Assembly (NCBI GenBank): GCA_963746875.1
Contig: CAVVDA010000002.1
Coordinates: forward strand, 378,610-442,609
Direction: 5' to 3'
From: Thermoanaerobaculia bacterium
GTDB lineage: Bacteria > Acidobacteriota > Thermoanaerobaculia > UBA5066
Length of the DNA stretch: 64,000 bases
The notes beneath the pieces are model-generated. The model had not been told where the DNA came from, made no database searches, and saw only the letters and a program-made list of their open reading frames with translations. The position numbers and the translations under genes are program-made. How positions within the stretch are numbered: position 1 is the first letter of the stretch; each line of letters opens with the position of its first letter. Shown here one piece after another: positions 1-13,216 of the stretch.

Positions 1-2294
1 AAGAGCGTCCTCGACGCGAACGCGAACCCGACGGACGAGGAGATCAAGCGGAAGCTCGATCCGCATCTGTGCCGGTGCACCGGCTACGTCAAGATCGTGG
101 ACGCGTTCCATGCCGCCGCCCGCCTGCGCCGGGGCGAGCCGCTCTCGCCGCCGGACGTCTCGGGCCGAGTCGGGACCAGCCTCGACCGCTACGAGGCCGA
201 GGAGCTGACGCTCGGCGACGCGGCCCTACGTCGCCGACCTCGTCTTCCCCGGCATGCTCCACGGCGCCGTCACGCTCTCGCCGCACGCGCGGGCCCGCGT
301 GAAGAGGATCGACACGTCGAGGGCGGCCGGCCATCCCGGCGTGATGGCGATCGTCACGGCGCGCGACGTGCCCGGCAAGCGCTTCTTCGGCCTGATCGTC
401 GACGACTGGCCGGGCTTCGTGGCCGAGGGCGAGGAGACGCACTACGTCGGCGACGTTCTCGCCGCCGTCGCCGCCGTCGACGCGCGCACCGCCCGCGCCG
501 CGGCCGCGCTCGTGGACGTGGAGTACGAAGTCCTCCCGCCCGTGACCGACCCCGAGGAGGCGCTGCGTCCCGGGCGCCCCGCGCGTCGGAGCGGGAGGGC
601 AATCTCCTCTCGCGCTCGGTCGTCAAGCGCGGCGACGCCGAGGCCGCGCTCGCGGCGTCCGCGCACGTCGTCGAGGGCACGTGGCAGACGCAGCGCATCG
701 AGCACCTGTACCTCGAGCCCGAGGCGTGTCTCGCCGCGCCGGGCGACGCCGCGGGGCAGAACCCGAAGGCCCGCGTGACTCTCTACACGCAGGGGCAGGG
801 CATCTTCGACGACCGGCGGCAGGTCGCCGCCTTTCTCGGCCTGTCCGCAGGACGAGGTGCACGTCGTCCTCGTCCCGAACGGCGGCGCCTTCGGCGGCAA
901 GGAGGACATGTCGATCCAGGCGCAGACGGCGCTCCTGGCCCGCGTCACGGGACGGCCCGTGCGCCTCGTCCTCTCGCGCGAGGAGTCCATGCGCCTCCAC
1001 CCGAAACGGCATCCCATCCGGATGCACTACCGCGTCGGGTGCGACGCCGAGGGCCGGCTGACCGGCGGTCCGGGCCCGGATGATCGGCGACTCGGGGGCC
1101 TACGCGTCCGTCGGCATGAAGGTGCTCGAGCGCGCGGCCGGACACGCGGCCGGGCCGTACAGGTGCGCGAACGTGGACGTCGAGGCGCTGGCCGTCTACA
1201 CGAACAACCCGCCCTGCGGCGCGATGCGCGGCTTCGGCGCGAACCAGGCCCACTTCGCGATGGAGGGCGCGCTCGACCTGCTGGCCGAGAAGGCCGGCCT
1301 CGACGGCTGGGAGATCAGGTGGCGAAACGCGCTCGAGGCGGGCGACGACTGGTCGTGCGGGCAGAAGCTCACGGCCTCCGTCGGCCTCAAGAAGACGCTC
1401 CTCGCCGTCAAGGACGTCTGGGAGAAGAACCGCGGGCGCGCGGGCATCGCCTGCGGCATCAAGAACTGCGGCATCGGAAACGGGCTGAAGGAGTGGGGAC
1501 GCGCGCGGCTCGTCGTGGAGGGCGACGGCACGCGTCACGCTCTACAACGGCTACACCGAGATGGGCCAGGGCCTCCTCACGGTCCTGATCCAGTGCGCGT
1601 GCGAGGTGACGGGCCTTCCGGCGTCCGTCTTCCGGGCGCGCGTCGACACGCGCTTCCCGATGGAGGTGGGCCAGACGACGGGCTCGCGGGCGACGTATCT
1701 CGGCGGACGCGCCGTCGTCGATGCGGCGCGGAAGCTGAAAGCCGACCTCGATTCCGGCAAGACGCTCGCGGAGCCTCGCCGGCACCGTCTACGTGGGCGA
1801 AGTCCTCGTGGACGACACGACGAAGCTCGGCCACGAGCCGCCTCCCGGCAAGCCGATGAAGCTCCACTCCGGCCTTCAGCTTCGCGACGCAGGTCGTCGT
1901 CCTGGACGAGAACGGCCGCGTGTCGAAGGTCGTGGCCGCCCACGACGTGGGGCGCGCCATCAACCCGAAGCTCTGCGAGGGGCAGATCGAAGGCTCCGTC
2001 CACATGGGCCTCGGCTACGCGCTCACGGAGGAGATGGTCTGCAAGGACGGCATGCCGACGTCGTTCCGCATCCGCGACTACGGCGTCCTGCAGGGCCAGG
2101 ACATGCCCGAGGTCGAGGTGATCCTCGTCGAGGACCCGCAGCCCGACGGCCCGTTCGGCGCGAAGGGCGTCGGGGAGATCGGCCTCGTGCCGACCGCGCC
2201 CGCCGTGGCCGCCGCCCTGTACGCGTTCGACGGCATCCGCCGGTTCACGCTGCCCATGCGCGATTCCGCCGCGGCCCGGGCGTTGAAACGGTGA
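1..2294 (+). CDS. XdhD/MOP-like molybdenum hydroxylase (2Fe-2S domain fused to molybdopterin-binding domain); 5'-truncated at window edge; at least 5 frame changes
   Basis: CRCTGY 2Fe-2S motif at start; MoCo-domain blocks (GKRFFGLIVDDWPGFVAEGE, MRGFGANQAHFAMEG, AKGVGEIGLVPTAPAVAAALYAFDG) spread over frames 97/254/857/1080/1561/1920. Confidence 0.75.
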
Positions 2295-2298
2295 GGGT

Positions 2299-3556
2299 GT
2301 GAGCCGCCCGCTCCAGAAGGTGACGGGCCTCCGGTGCGTCCTGTGCGGGGCCGTCTACGCGCACGGCGAGGAGGAGTACACCTGCCCGCGGTGCGGGATC
2401 GAGGGAATCCTCGACGTCGAATACGACCACGACCTCATCGCGCGGACGCTTCGGCCCGTCGGTCCTCGAGGCCGACCGCGAGCTGTCGCTCTGGCGCTAC
2501 CGGGCCCTCCTGCCCCTTCCCGACGACGTCGTCCCGCCGCGCCTGCAGGTGGGCTTCACGCCCGTCGTCGAGGCGCCGGCGCTCGCGAAGGAGCTCGGCC
2601 TCGGCGCGTTCTTCGTGAAGGACGACGGCCGCAACCCCACCGCCTCGTTCAAGGACCGCGCGAGCTCGGTGGGCGTCACGCGCGCGCGGTGGCTCGGGCC
2701 GGAAGGAGATCACGTGCTCGTCGACCGGCAACGCGGCTTCGTCGCTCGCCGGCTTCGCGGCCGAGGCGGGGATGAAGGCGTTCATCTTCGTGCCGGTTTC
2801 CGCGCCGGAGGCGAAGGTCGCCCAGCTTCTCGTGTACGGGGCGAAGGTGTTCCTCGTCGAAGGTGCCGTACGAGGACGCGTTCCGGACGTGCCAGTCCTC
2901 GGTCGAAAGCCTTCGGCTGGTACAACCGCAACTGCGCGATCAACCCGTATCTCGTCGAGGGGAAGAAGACCTGCGGCCTGGAGATCGCCGAGCAGATGCG
3001 CGGCCGGATGCCCGACGTCGTGACCGTCGCTCTCGGCGACGGCTGCACGACGGCGGGGATCTGGAAGGGGCTCGTCGAGATGAAGAGGCACGCCGTCATC
3101 GACCGCCTGCCGCGCCTCCTGGCGGTCCAGGCCGAAGGAGCCGCGCCGCTCGCGAAGACCTTCGCGCGCGGCGACGAGCGCATCGAGCCGGTCGAGGCGT
3201 CGACGCTCGCCGACTCCATCAACGTGGGCGCGCCGCGAAACGGCATCAAGGCTCTCCGGGCCGTCCGCGCCTCGGGCGGCGCGATCGTGACCGCGCGCGA
3301 CGAGGCGATCCTCGCGTGGATCCCGCGCCTCGCCCGCGCGACCGGCGTCTTCGCGGAGCCCACGGGCGTCGCCGCGCTCGCCGGCCTCGAGGTCGCGATC
3401 GAGAGGGGCCTCGTCAGGCGCGGGGAGCGCGTCCTCCACGTGGCGACCGGCAACGGCCTGAAAGATACTCGCGGCGCGATGCGCTCCGTCGGACCCCCGA
3501 GACGGATCCCGCCCTCTCTCGACGCCGTCCGTGCCGCACTGGAGCAAAGCGAATGA
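2299..3556 (+). CDS. threonine synthase-like PLP enzyme with N-terminal CxxC...CxxC zinc ribbon; frame changes at about 2700, 2870 and 2925
   Basis: CVLCGAVY...CPRCG; FKDRASSVGV PLP-lysine motif; TCSSTGNASSSLAGFAAEAGMKAFIFVP recovered by shifting +1 at the ctcGGGccgg homopolymer. Confidence 0.7.
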
Positions 3557-4917
3557 TTCATGGCCCGACCTATTCCGAAATGCGCGACCCCTCGAGCCTT
3601 CCCGCCGAAGCTCGCGGCGTCGCGCCGGCGTCGCCCGGCGCGAGGCGCCGCTCGATCCCGTCAACCTCTTCAACATCACGTGGCACGACGAGGACGGCCG
3701 CGTGCGGGCGCTCCGCCTGCCCGAGGCTCTCACCGGCGTTCCTTCGCCCATCGTGCTCCTCTACGCGAAGGACTTTCCCGACCGGCGCGCACAAGGTCGG
3801 GGCCACGTACTCCGTCCTCATGGAGCACCAGCTCGCCGGCGACGTCACGCCCGGCTCGTCGACGCTCGTCTGGCCCTCCACCGGCAACTACGGCATCGGC
3901 GGGCTCGTGGGTCGGCCCGCGCATGGGCTACGAGTCGGTCGTCATCCTGCCGGAGGAGATGAGCGCCGAGCGCTTCGAGAAGATCGCGGCGTACGGCGCC
4001 CGGGCCATCAAGACGCCCGGCTGCGAGAGCAACGTCAAGGAGATCTACGACGAGTGCAAGCGCCTCGCGGCGAACCCGCGCGTGAGGATCATGAACCAGT
4101 TCGCCGAGATGGCGAACTACCGCTGGCACTACCACGTCACCGGCGCCGCGGCCGCGGAGGCCGTCGAGACGCTCGGGGCCGGCCGGCCGGCCGCCTTCGT
4201 CTCGGCCATGGGCTCGGCGGGCACGATCGCGGCCGGCGACGCCCTCAAGGCGCGCTTCGGGACGCGCATCGTCGGTCTCGAGCCGGTCCAGTGCCCGACG
4301 CTCTCGTGCAACGGCTACGGCGGGCACGCCATCGAGGGCATCGGCGACAAGCACGTCACGTGGATCCACCACGTGACGAACCTGGACGCCATGATGTGCA
4401 TCGACGACGAGGAGTGCCTGCTGGGACTCCAGCTCGTGAGCCGAGCCCGTCGGGCCGCGACTTCCTCGCTTCGGGCGGCGGGCTCGGGCGAAACGGCGCA
4501 CCGCCTCTCGACGCTGCTCGGCATCAGCGGGGTCTGCAACATCCTCGGGGCGATCAAGACCGCGCGGTGGCTGGGCCTCGGAAAGGACGACGCCGTCGTC
4601 ACCGTGGCGACGGACGGCCTCGACCGCTACCCGTCGGTCCTCAGCGGCTCGCGGCGACGCACGGGCCCGCTCACGCGCGAGCGGGCCGAGGCGCGTCTCG
4701 CGTCGGTCTTCCACGGGCAGAAGCTCGACTGGATCGCCGAAGGGACCCGCGAGAACCGCGAGCGCTGGCACAACCTGAAGTACTTCACGTGGGTCGAGCA
4801 GCAGGGCAAGACCGTGGAGGAGCTCGACGCGCAGCGCTCCGAAACGCTGGTGGAGCGACCAGGCGGCGCTCGCCGGAGGACGTGGACCGCCGGCTCCGCG
4901 AGGCGCGTGGCTGGTGA
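3553..4917 (+). CDS. fold-type-II PLP-dependent enzyme (TrpB/CysK-like; possible YgeX-type role); several frame changes
   Basis: FPTGAHKVGATYSVL PLP-lysine block; NYGIGG; GSAGTIAAGDALKARFGTRIVGLEP; start ATG overlaps thrC-like stop (ATGA). Confidence 0.6.
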   Translation: MIHGPTYSEMRDPSSLPAEARGVAPASPGARRRSIPSTSSTSRGTTRTAACGRSACPRLSPAFLRPSCSSTRRTFPTGAHKVGATYSVLMEHQLAGDVTPGSSTLVWPSTGNYGIGGLVGRPAHGLRVGRHPAGGDERRALREDRGVRRPGHQDARLREQRQGDLRRVQAPRGEPAREDHEPVRRDGELPLALPRHRRRGRGGRRDARGRPAGRLRLGHGLGGHDRGRRRPQGALRDAHRRSRAGPVPDALVQRLRRARHRGHRRQARHVDPPRDEPGRHDVHRRRGVPAGTPAREPSPSGRDFLASGGGLGRNGAPPLDAARHQRGLQHPRGDQDRAVAGPRKGRRRRHRGDGRPRPLPVGPQRLAATHGPAHARAGRGASRVGLPRAEARLDRRRDPREPRALAQPEVLHVGRAAGQDRGGARRAALRNAGGATRRRSPEDVDRRLREARGW

Positions 4918-6146
4918 ACGCGGCCGGCGAGCACGGATCGGGCGCGGGCGGCCTCGCCATCGTCGGCGGGACCGTCGTGGCGCTCGACGCCGCCCGCCGT
5001 CGAGCGCCGTGACGTGCTCCTCGGGGCCGAGCCGCGCCGCACGCTCGACGCGTCGGGCTGCCTCGTCATGCCCGGGCTCGTCATCGCGCACACGCATCTC
5101 TACGCGGCGCTCGCGCGCGGGATGGCCGCCCCGGCGGAACCGCACGCGCTCTTTCCGGGAGATCCTCGAGCGCGTCTGGTGGCGGCTCGACGCGGCTCTC
5201 GACGAGAGCTCGCTCGAGGGCCTCGGCGGAAGAGGCTCTCCTGGACGCGGCGCTCTCGGGAGCGACGGCCGTCCTCGACCACCACGAGTCCCCGTCCTTC
5301 ATCGACGGCTCCCTCGACGTCCTCGCGCGGGCGGCGCAGGCGGTCGGCGTGCGGGTCGCGCTCGCCTACGGGGCGACGGACCGGCACGGGCCGGAAGGGG
5401 CGGCGGAGGGCCTCGCCGAGTGCGAGCGCGCGATCCGCGAAGGCCTGCCCGCGATGGTGGGCCTGCACGCCGGCTTCACGGTCTCGGACGAGACGCTTCG
5501 CGGCGGCCGCGGACCTGGCGCGGCGAAACGGGGCCTGGCTGCACGTGCACGCGGCCGAGGACCGCAGCGACGCGGACTCTTTCGAGCGCCTCGACAGGGC
5601 CGGGGCTCTCGGGCCGAAGACGATCCTGGCCCACGGCGTTCACCTCTCGCCGGGAGAGCGCGCGCGCGTCCAGGACGCCGGCGCCTGGATCGTTCACAAC
5701 CCGCGCAGCAACCTCCAGAACGCCGTCGGGATACGCCGACGTCGAAGACCTTCGGCCCGCGCGTCGCCCTCGGCACGGACGGGATGGACGGCGATCTCTT
5801 CACGGAAGCGCGCGTCGCGCATCTGCGCGCCCGGGAGGCGTACGGGCCGGTGGGCGGAATCGACGCGACCGCTCTTCTCGCCCGGAGCCAGCGTCTCGCC
5901 GACGCGGTCCTCGGGCCGCGCCCGGAGGACTGGATCGTCCTCGACTACGACCCGCCCACGCCGCTGACGGCGGCGAACCTCGCGGGACACGTTCTCTTCG
6001 GCCTCGGCGACGCGCCACGTGCGCGACGTCGTCGTGAACGGCGAGGTCGATCGTCGAGGGACGGCGGGCCGATGCGCGTGGACGCGGCCCGCGTCCACGC
6101 CCGCGCGCGCGAGGAGGCGGCCCGGCTGTGGGGGCGGATGGCGTGA
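4914..6146 (+). CDS. ssnA: SsnA-type amidohydrolase (chlorohydrolase/aminohydrolase family); frame-shifted
   Basis: MPGLVIAHTHLY metal-binding HxH; FREILERVWWRLDAALDESSL matches SsnA; C-terminal LGTDGMDGDLF. Confidence 0.75.
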
Positions 6147-8177
6147 GCGCGCTCCGCCCGCTCCCGCTTTCCGTCCTCGTGCGCCGCGCGGCGGAGGAGC
6201 TTCCCACGGGATCGGTCTACGACCTGCCGGCGCGCCACGTGTTCCGGGGTTTCCCGGGCCTCGACCTCTCGGTGAGGTTCCACGGCCATCGCTGCGCCGA
6301 CGCCCATCGGGCCGGCGGCCGGCCCGCACACGCAGCTCGCGCAGAACATCGCGCTCTCGTTCCTGGCCGGAGGGCGCATCCTCGAGCTCAAGACCGTTCA
6401 GGTGAACGACCGGCTCGCGATCCCGCGCCCGTGCATCGACATGCGGACGGTGGGCTTCAACGTCGAGTGGTCGCAGGAGCTCCTCGTCGAGGAGTCCCTC
6501 CGCGAGTACGCGAAGGCGCGCCTCCTCGTCGCGATCCTGGCCGAGCTGTGCGGCATTCCCGGCGCGGAGCGCGACGTCGTCCTCGACGTCTCCGTCGGCT
6601 ACAGCCTGGACGGCATCCGGTCGCGCAAGATCGCCGGGTTCTTCGAAGGGGTCCGCGACGCGAGCGCGCTCCTCGACCGGGAGCGCGTGGCGCTGCGACC
6701 GCGAGCTGCCCTCCTCCCTGCGGCGCCTCGCCGACGTCCCTGCGAGGCGCGCCTCTCCGACTCGGTCACGCTCTCCACGTTCCACGGCTGTCCGGCCGGC
6801 GAGATCGCCGCCATCAGCCGGCACCTCCTCTCGGAGCTCGGCCTCCACACGATCGTCAAGCTGAACCCGACGCTCCTCGGCTACGAGGAGGTGGAGGAGA
6901 TCCTGCACGGCCGCCTCGGGTACACGCACATCGCCCTCCGCCGGCGAGGCGTTCGAGCGCGACCTGCAATGGAACGACGCCCTCTCGATCGCCCGCGAGC
7001 TGTCCGGCGAGGCCGCCCGGCTCGGTCTCGACTTCGGCGTGAAGCTCACGAACACGCTCGTCGTCGTGAACCCCGCCGACTTCATGCCCGGCGACGAGGC
7101 GTACCTCTCCGGCGAGCCGCTCCACGTCCTCGCGCTGAGGCTCGGACTGAAACTGCGCGAGGAGCTCGGCGCCGGCTTCCCGGTCTCCTTCTCCGCCGGG
7201 ATCGACTCGGCGAACGTCGCCGAGCGCGGTCGCGTGCGGCTTCGTGCCGGTGACGAGCTGCACGGACCTCCTGCGCCCGGGCGGCTACCAGCGCCTGCAC
7301 CGGCAGGCCGAGGCCCTCGCGGCGGCGATGGACGACGCGGGCGCCGCGACGCTGCCCGACTTCATCCGGAAGCGCGCGGGGATCGCCGGGCGCCGACCTC
7401 GCCGACGCCTCGCTCGCGAATCACCGCCGCGCGGCGGAGGCAGCCGCTCGGCGACGAGCGCTACGCGGCCGCGCCGCACGGGAACGCCGCCGCGGAAGAT
7501 CGGGTCGCACCTGCACCTCCTCGACTGCATCAACTGCGACAAGTGCATCCCCGTCTGCCCGAACGACGCGAACTTCGCGTACGAGACGCCGCCCCGGACG
7601 ATCGCCTACCGCGATCTCGTCGTCCGGGACGGGCGCCTCGTGCCGGCCGCGGAGAGGACACTGGCGCTGGGCGGCGAGAAGTCCTCGCCGCACCAGCTCG
7701 CGAACTGGGCCGACGCCTGCAACGACTGCGGCAACTGCGACGTCTTCTGCCCCGAGGACGGCGGCCCGTACATCGAGAAGCCCCGCCTCTTCTCGTCCCT
7801 CTCCTCCTTCCTTGCCGACGCGCCGCGCCCGGGCTTCTTCGTCCGGCGCGAGGACGACGGCTCGCTCGCCGCCCGCGGGCGGTGGGGGGGCCGCGACCTG
7901 GAGCTTCTCGTCAGCGCCGGACGGCTCGGCGGTTTTCCGGGACGGCGTCGCCGAGCTGCTGTTCGCGTCCGCCGAGGCCGCGGCTCCGGAGGAGGCGCGC
8001 CTCCTCGCGCCGCCGCCGCCCGAGGGCCACGTCGTGCCGGTGGGGCACTACCACTCGCTCCGCGCGGTCCTGACCGGGCTCTTCGCGCCGGGCGCCGTCT
8101 CCTGGCTGACCGCCATGTTTCCGGAGGTGTCCGTGTCGCCGAAGATCCCTTCGCAACTCTCTGGAGAGCCGACGTGA
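6128..8177 (+). CDS. short YgfK-like oxidoreductase: DHOD/DPD-like TIM barrel plus C-terminal 2x[4Fe-4S]; lacks the GltD-like FAD/NAD(P) domain of E. coli YgfK; frame-shifted
   Basis: PIGPAAGPHTQLAQNI, KLNPTLLGY, FGVKLTNTL, LLRPGGY match YgfK N-terminal part; CINCDKCIPVCP and CNDCGNCDVFCP ferredoxin motifs. Confidence 0.75.
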
Positions 8178-9305
8178 AGACAACCGTGACCGCCGATCCC
8201 GACGCTCTCTCCAGCCTCCTGGGCCGAAGCCTGCTTCTGACGGACGACTACACGACGGCGGAGCTCTCGCAGCTCCTCGCCGTCGCCGAGCGCTTCTCCG
8301 CGTTGGACCGCGTCGGGAAGAAGGCGCCGCTCCTGCCCCACGAGCTCGCCTACGCGCTCTTCTTCGACAACTCCACGCGGACCAAGTCCGCGTGGGCGGG
8401 CGCCGCGGCCCGGCTCGGCATGCACCCCGTCATCGTGGACGGCTCGTCCACGCAGGTCTCGCACGGCGAGACCGCGGCCGGAGACCGGCGCCATGCTCGG
8501 AATGAACGCGCACGCGCTCGGCGTGCAGGCACGACCTGATCCTCGGCGAGGGAAACGCGTTCATGCGCGACGTGAAGAAGGGGATCGACGCCTACCTCGC
8601 GGCGACGGGCGACCCGAGGAGCGTGCCCGTCGTGAACCTCCAGTGCGACATCGACCATCCGACGCAGACGCTCGCCGACCTGTGCTGGCTGCGCGAGAGG
8701 TTTCCGGAGGGCCTCGCCGGCAAGCGCATCGCCGTGTCGTGGGCCTACTCGCCGAGCTACGCCAAGCCGCTCTCGGTCCCGCAGGGGCTCATCATGCTGC
8801 TGACGCGCTTCGGCGCCCACGTGACGCTGGCGCATCCGGAGGGCTATCGCCTCATGGAGCCGTGCCTCGCGTCCGCGGCCTCGCATGCGGCCTCTTCGGC
8901 GGCTCTTTCCGAACGGTCTCCTCGATGGACGAAGCGTTCGAAGGGCGCCGACGCGGTCTATCCGAAGAGCTGGGGACCGTACGACCTCATGCTCGCCCGC
9001 GTCGAGGCGAACCGCGCGCGCGACGCGAAAGCGAATGGCGGAGATCGAGAAGGAAGCCCTCGCGCTCGAACGCGCGGCACCGCGACTGGATCTGCGACGA
9101 GCGGCGGATGAAGACGACGCGCGGCGGCGACGCCCTCTACATGCACTGCCTTCCCGCCGACATCGGGGCGGAGGTCTCGCCCGGCGTCATGGCCACTCAC
9201 GCCGGGAACGTGGCGCGGGAAGCGAACTGGAAGGTCTACGTCGTGATGGCGCTGCTCGCGACGGCCAAGGTCCCCGGCCTCGCCCGGCGGCTGGAGGCGT
9301 TGTGA
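8173..9305 (+). CDS. ygeW: YgeW-type carbamoyltransferase; frame-shifted
   Basis: FFDNSTRTK; VNLQCDIDHPTQTLADL; WAYSPSYAKPLSVPQG; ALYMHCLPADI - near-identical blocks to E. coli YgeW. Confidence 0.8.
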
Positions 9306-9310
9306 GTGAA

Positions 9311-10867
9311 ATGGAGACGACGACGATGAACGAGCTCGACGCGAAGGTCGCGGAGCTCGCGGCCCGCTACCGGCCGCTCGCGGCGAGATTCTCAAGGAGG
9401 TCATCCGCATCCCGGCCGATTACGTCGACCGGCCGAAGGATGCCGGCGGCGACCCGAGCTGCGGCCTCTCGAACCACGAGAAGCCGAGGCTCGAGTACCT
9501 GAGGAAGAAGATCGTCGAGATCGGCGCCGTCCGCCGGCCGGAGGACGTCGGCTACGACGGCTACGGGAATCTCGTCTGGACGGTCGAGGATCCGGCCGAC
9601 GGCATTTCCGCGAAGGACAAGCGCGTCGTCTACTTCGACGGCCACACCGACACGGTGAAGGCCATCCGCCCGGCGTGGCGCGAGAAGACGGGCGGCGTCG
9701 ACGCCTACGACGGGCTCTTCGACCCCGCGCGCCTCGAGGCGCGACTTCCTGAAGACGCGAGCTGGGATACCTGCCGCCCGAGTCCGAGTGGGACAACCTC
9801 GTCTTCGGGCGCGGCTCGGCCGATCAGCTCTCGGGCGTCGTGGCGCAGGTCGTCGCGACGAAGATCCTGCTCGAGCTCGCCCCGCTGGGCGCGCTCCGGG
9901 GCGCGATCGTCCGCTCCTACGCGACCGTCGCCGAGGAGGACAACGACGGCGGCGGCCCGCAGTTCGTGATGCGGAAGGTCCTGCCCGGCGCCGGGCCGGA
10001 GCTCGTGCCGGACGCCGTCATCCTCACGGAAGGGCACGGGCGACTCCGCGAAGGGGGCGCTCGGGATCTACCGCGGCCAGCGCGGCCGCATGCAGATCGA
10101 GGTGACCGTGACGGGGAAGTCCTGCCACGGCTCGATGCCGTGGGAAGGAAAGAACCCGCTGGAATGGGGCGCGCCCATCCTCGCCGAAGCGGCGAAGCGA
10201 TACGACGCGCGGGACGGCTTCCTCGACCACGCGTTCCTCGGGCACGGCACGCGCACGGCCTCGTGGGCCCGCCTCGACACGCCGAGCGACTGCGCGGTCC
10301 CCGAGCGCTTCGTCTTCCGCTTCGACCGGCGCCTCACGATCGGGGAGACGCCGGAGAAGGCCGTCGCCGACGTCGAGGGCCTCGCGGCCGTGGCCGCCGC
10401 GCGGGCCGCGGGGCTGACCGTCGACGTCACCGTGCCGACGTACGACGAGCCGACGTGGACCGGCTTCGTCCTCGGCAACCCGCAGGTCTACATGGGCTGG
10501 CTCACGCCGGAGGAGCATCCGGCGATCCAGGCCGCCGTCGCGGCGTATCGCGGCGTCGTCACGCCGCACGTCCCGGCCGGAGGCCAGCGCGGCGCGCTCC
10601 GCAGGGAGCCGCGCGTGGACCGGTGGATCTTCTCGACGGACGGCGTCGGCTTTCCGGTGCCGGGTCGACGACACGTCGATCGCCGTTCCCGAGCGCAAGC
10701 GCTGGGTGACGTCGGGCGCCGTGAAGCACCCGGCCATGCTCGGCATCGGGCCCGGCATCGAGCAGAACACGCACAAGATCGGGGAGTGCGTCGACCTGCG
10801 CGAAGTGGTCAACGCGGTCGCGCTCCTGGCCCGCTTTCCGAGCGCGTTCGTGGCGACAGCGGGGTAG
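9311..10867 (+). CDS. ygeY: YgeY-type M20 family peptidase; frame-shifted
   Basis: YRGQRGRMQIEVTVTGKSCHGSMP; DCAVPERFVFRFDRRLTIGE; DRWIFSTDGVG match YgeY. Confidence 0.75.
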
Positions 10868-10872
10868 GCTGC

Positions 10873-13210
<2,338 letters not shown>

Positions 13211-13216
<6 letters not shown>

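Noticed and set aside
2690-2930. Programmed +1 ribosomal frameshifting as an explanation for the recurrent +1 frame changes
   Set aside because: Too many sites per gene (three in 230 bp in the thrC-like gene) and across unrelated genes. The one junction dissected lies in a G homopolymer (ctcGGGccgg) and is restored by deleting one base, which is the signature of sequencing or assembly indels.
2435-3751. Long antisense ORFs throughout (e.g. 2435-3751-, 3845-4960-, 5694-7085-, 11656-12729-, 16242-17300-, 18516-19940-, 21724-22824-, 23099-24583-, 25220-26458-, 29397-31271-, 36693-38474-, 37144-40479-, 48232-49821-, 51975-53822-, 54328-55752-, 56290-58197-, 61256-62950+)
   Set aside because: Arg/Ala/Gly/Pro-rich translations with no domain signatures, all lying opposite recognisable genes. 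This is the usual stop-codon-poor antisense-frame artefact of 70% GC DNA.
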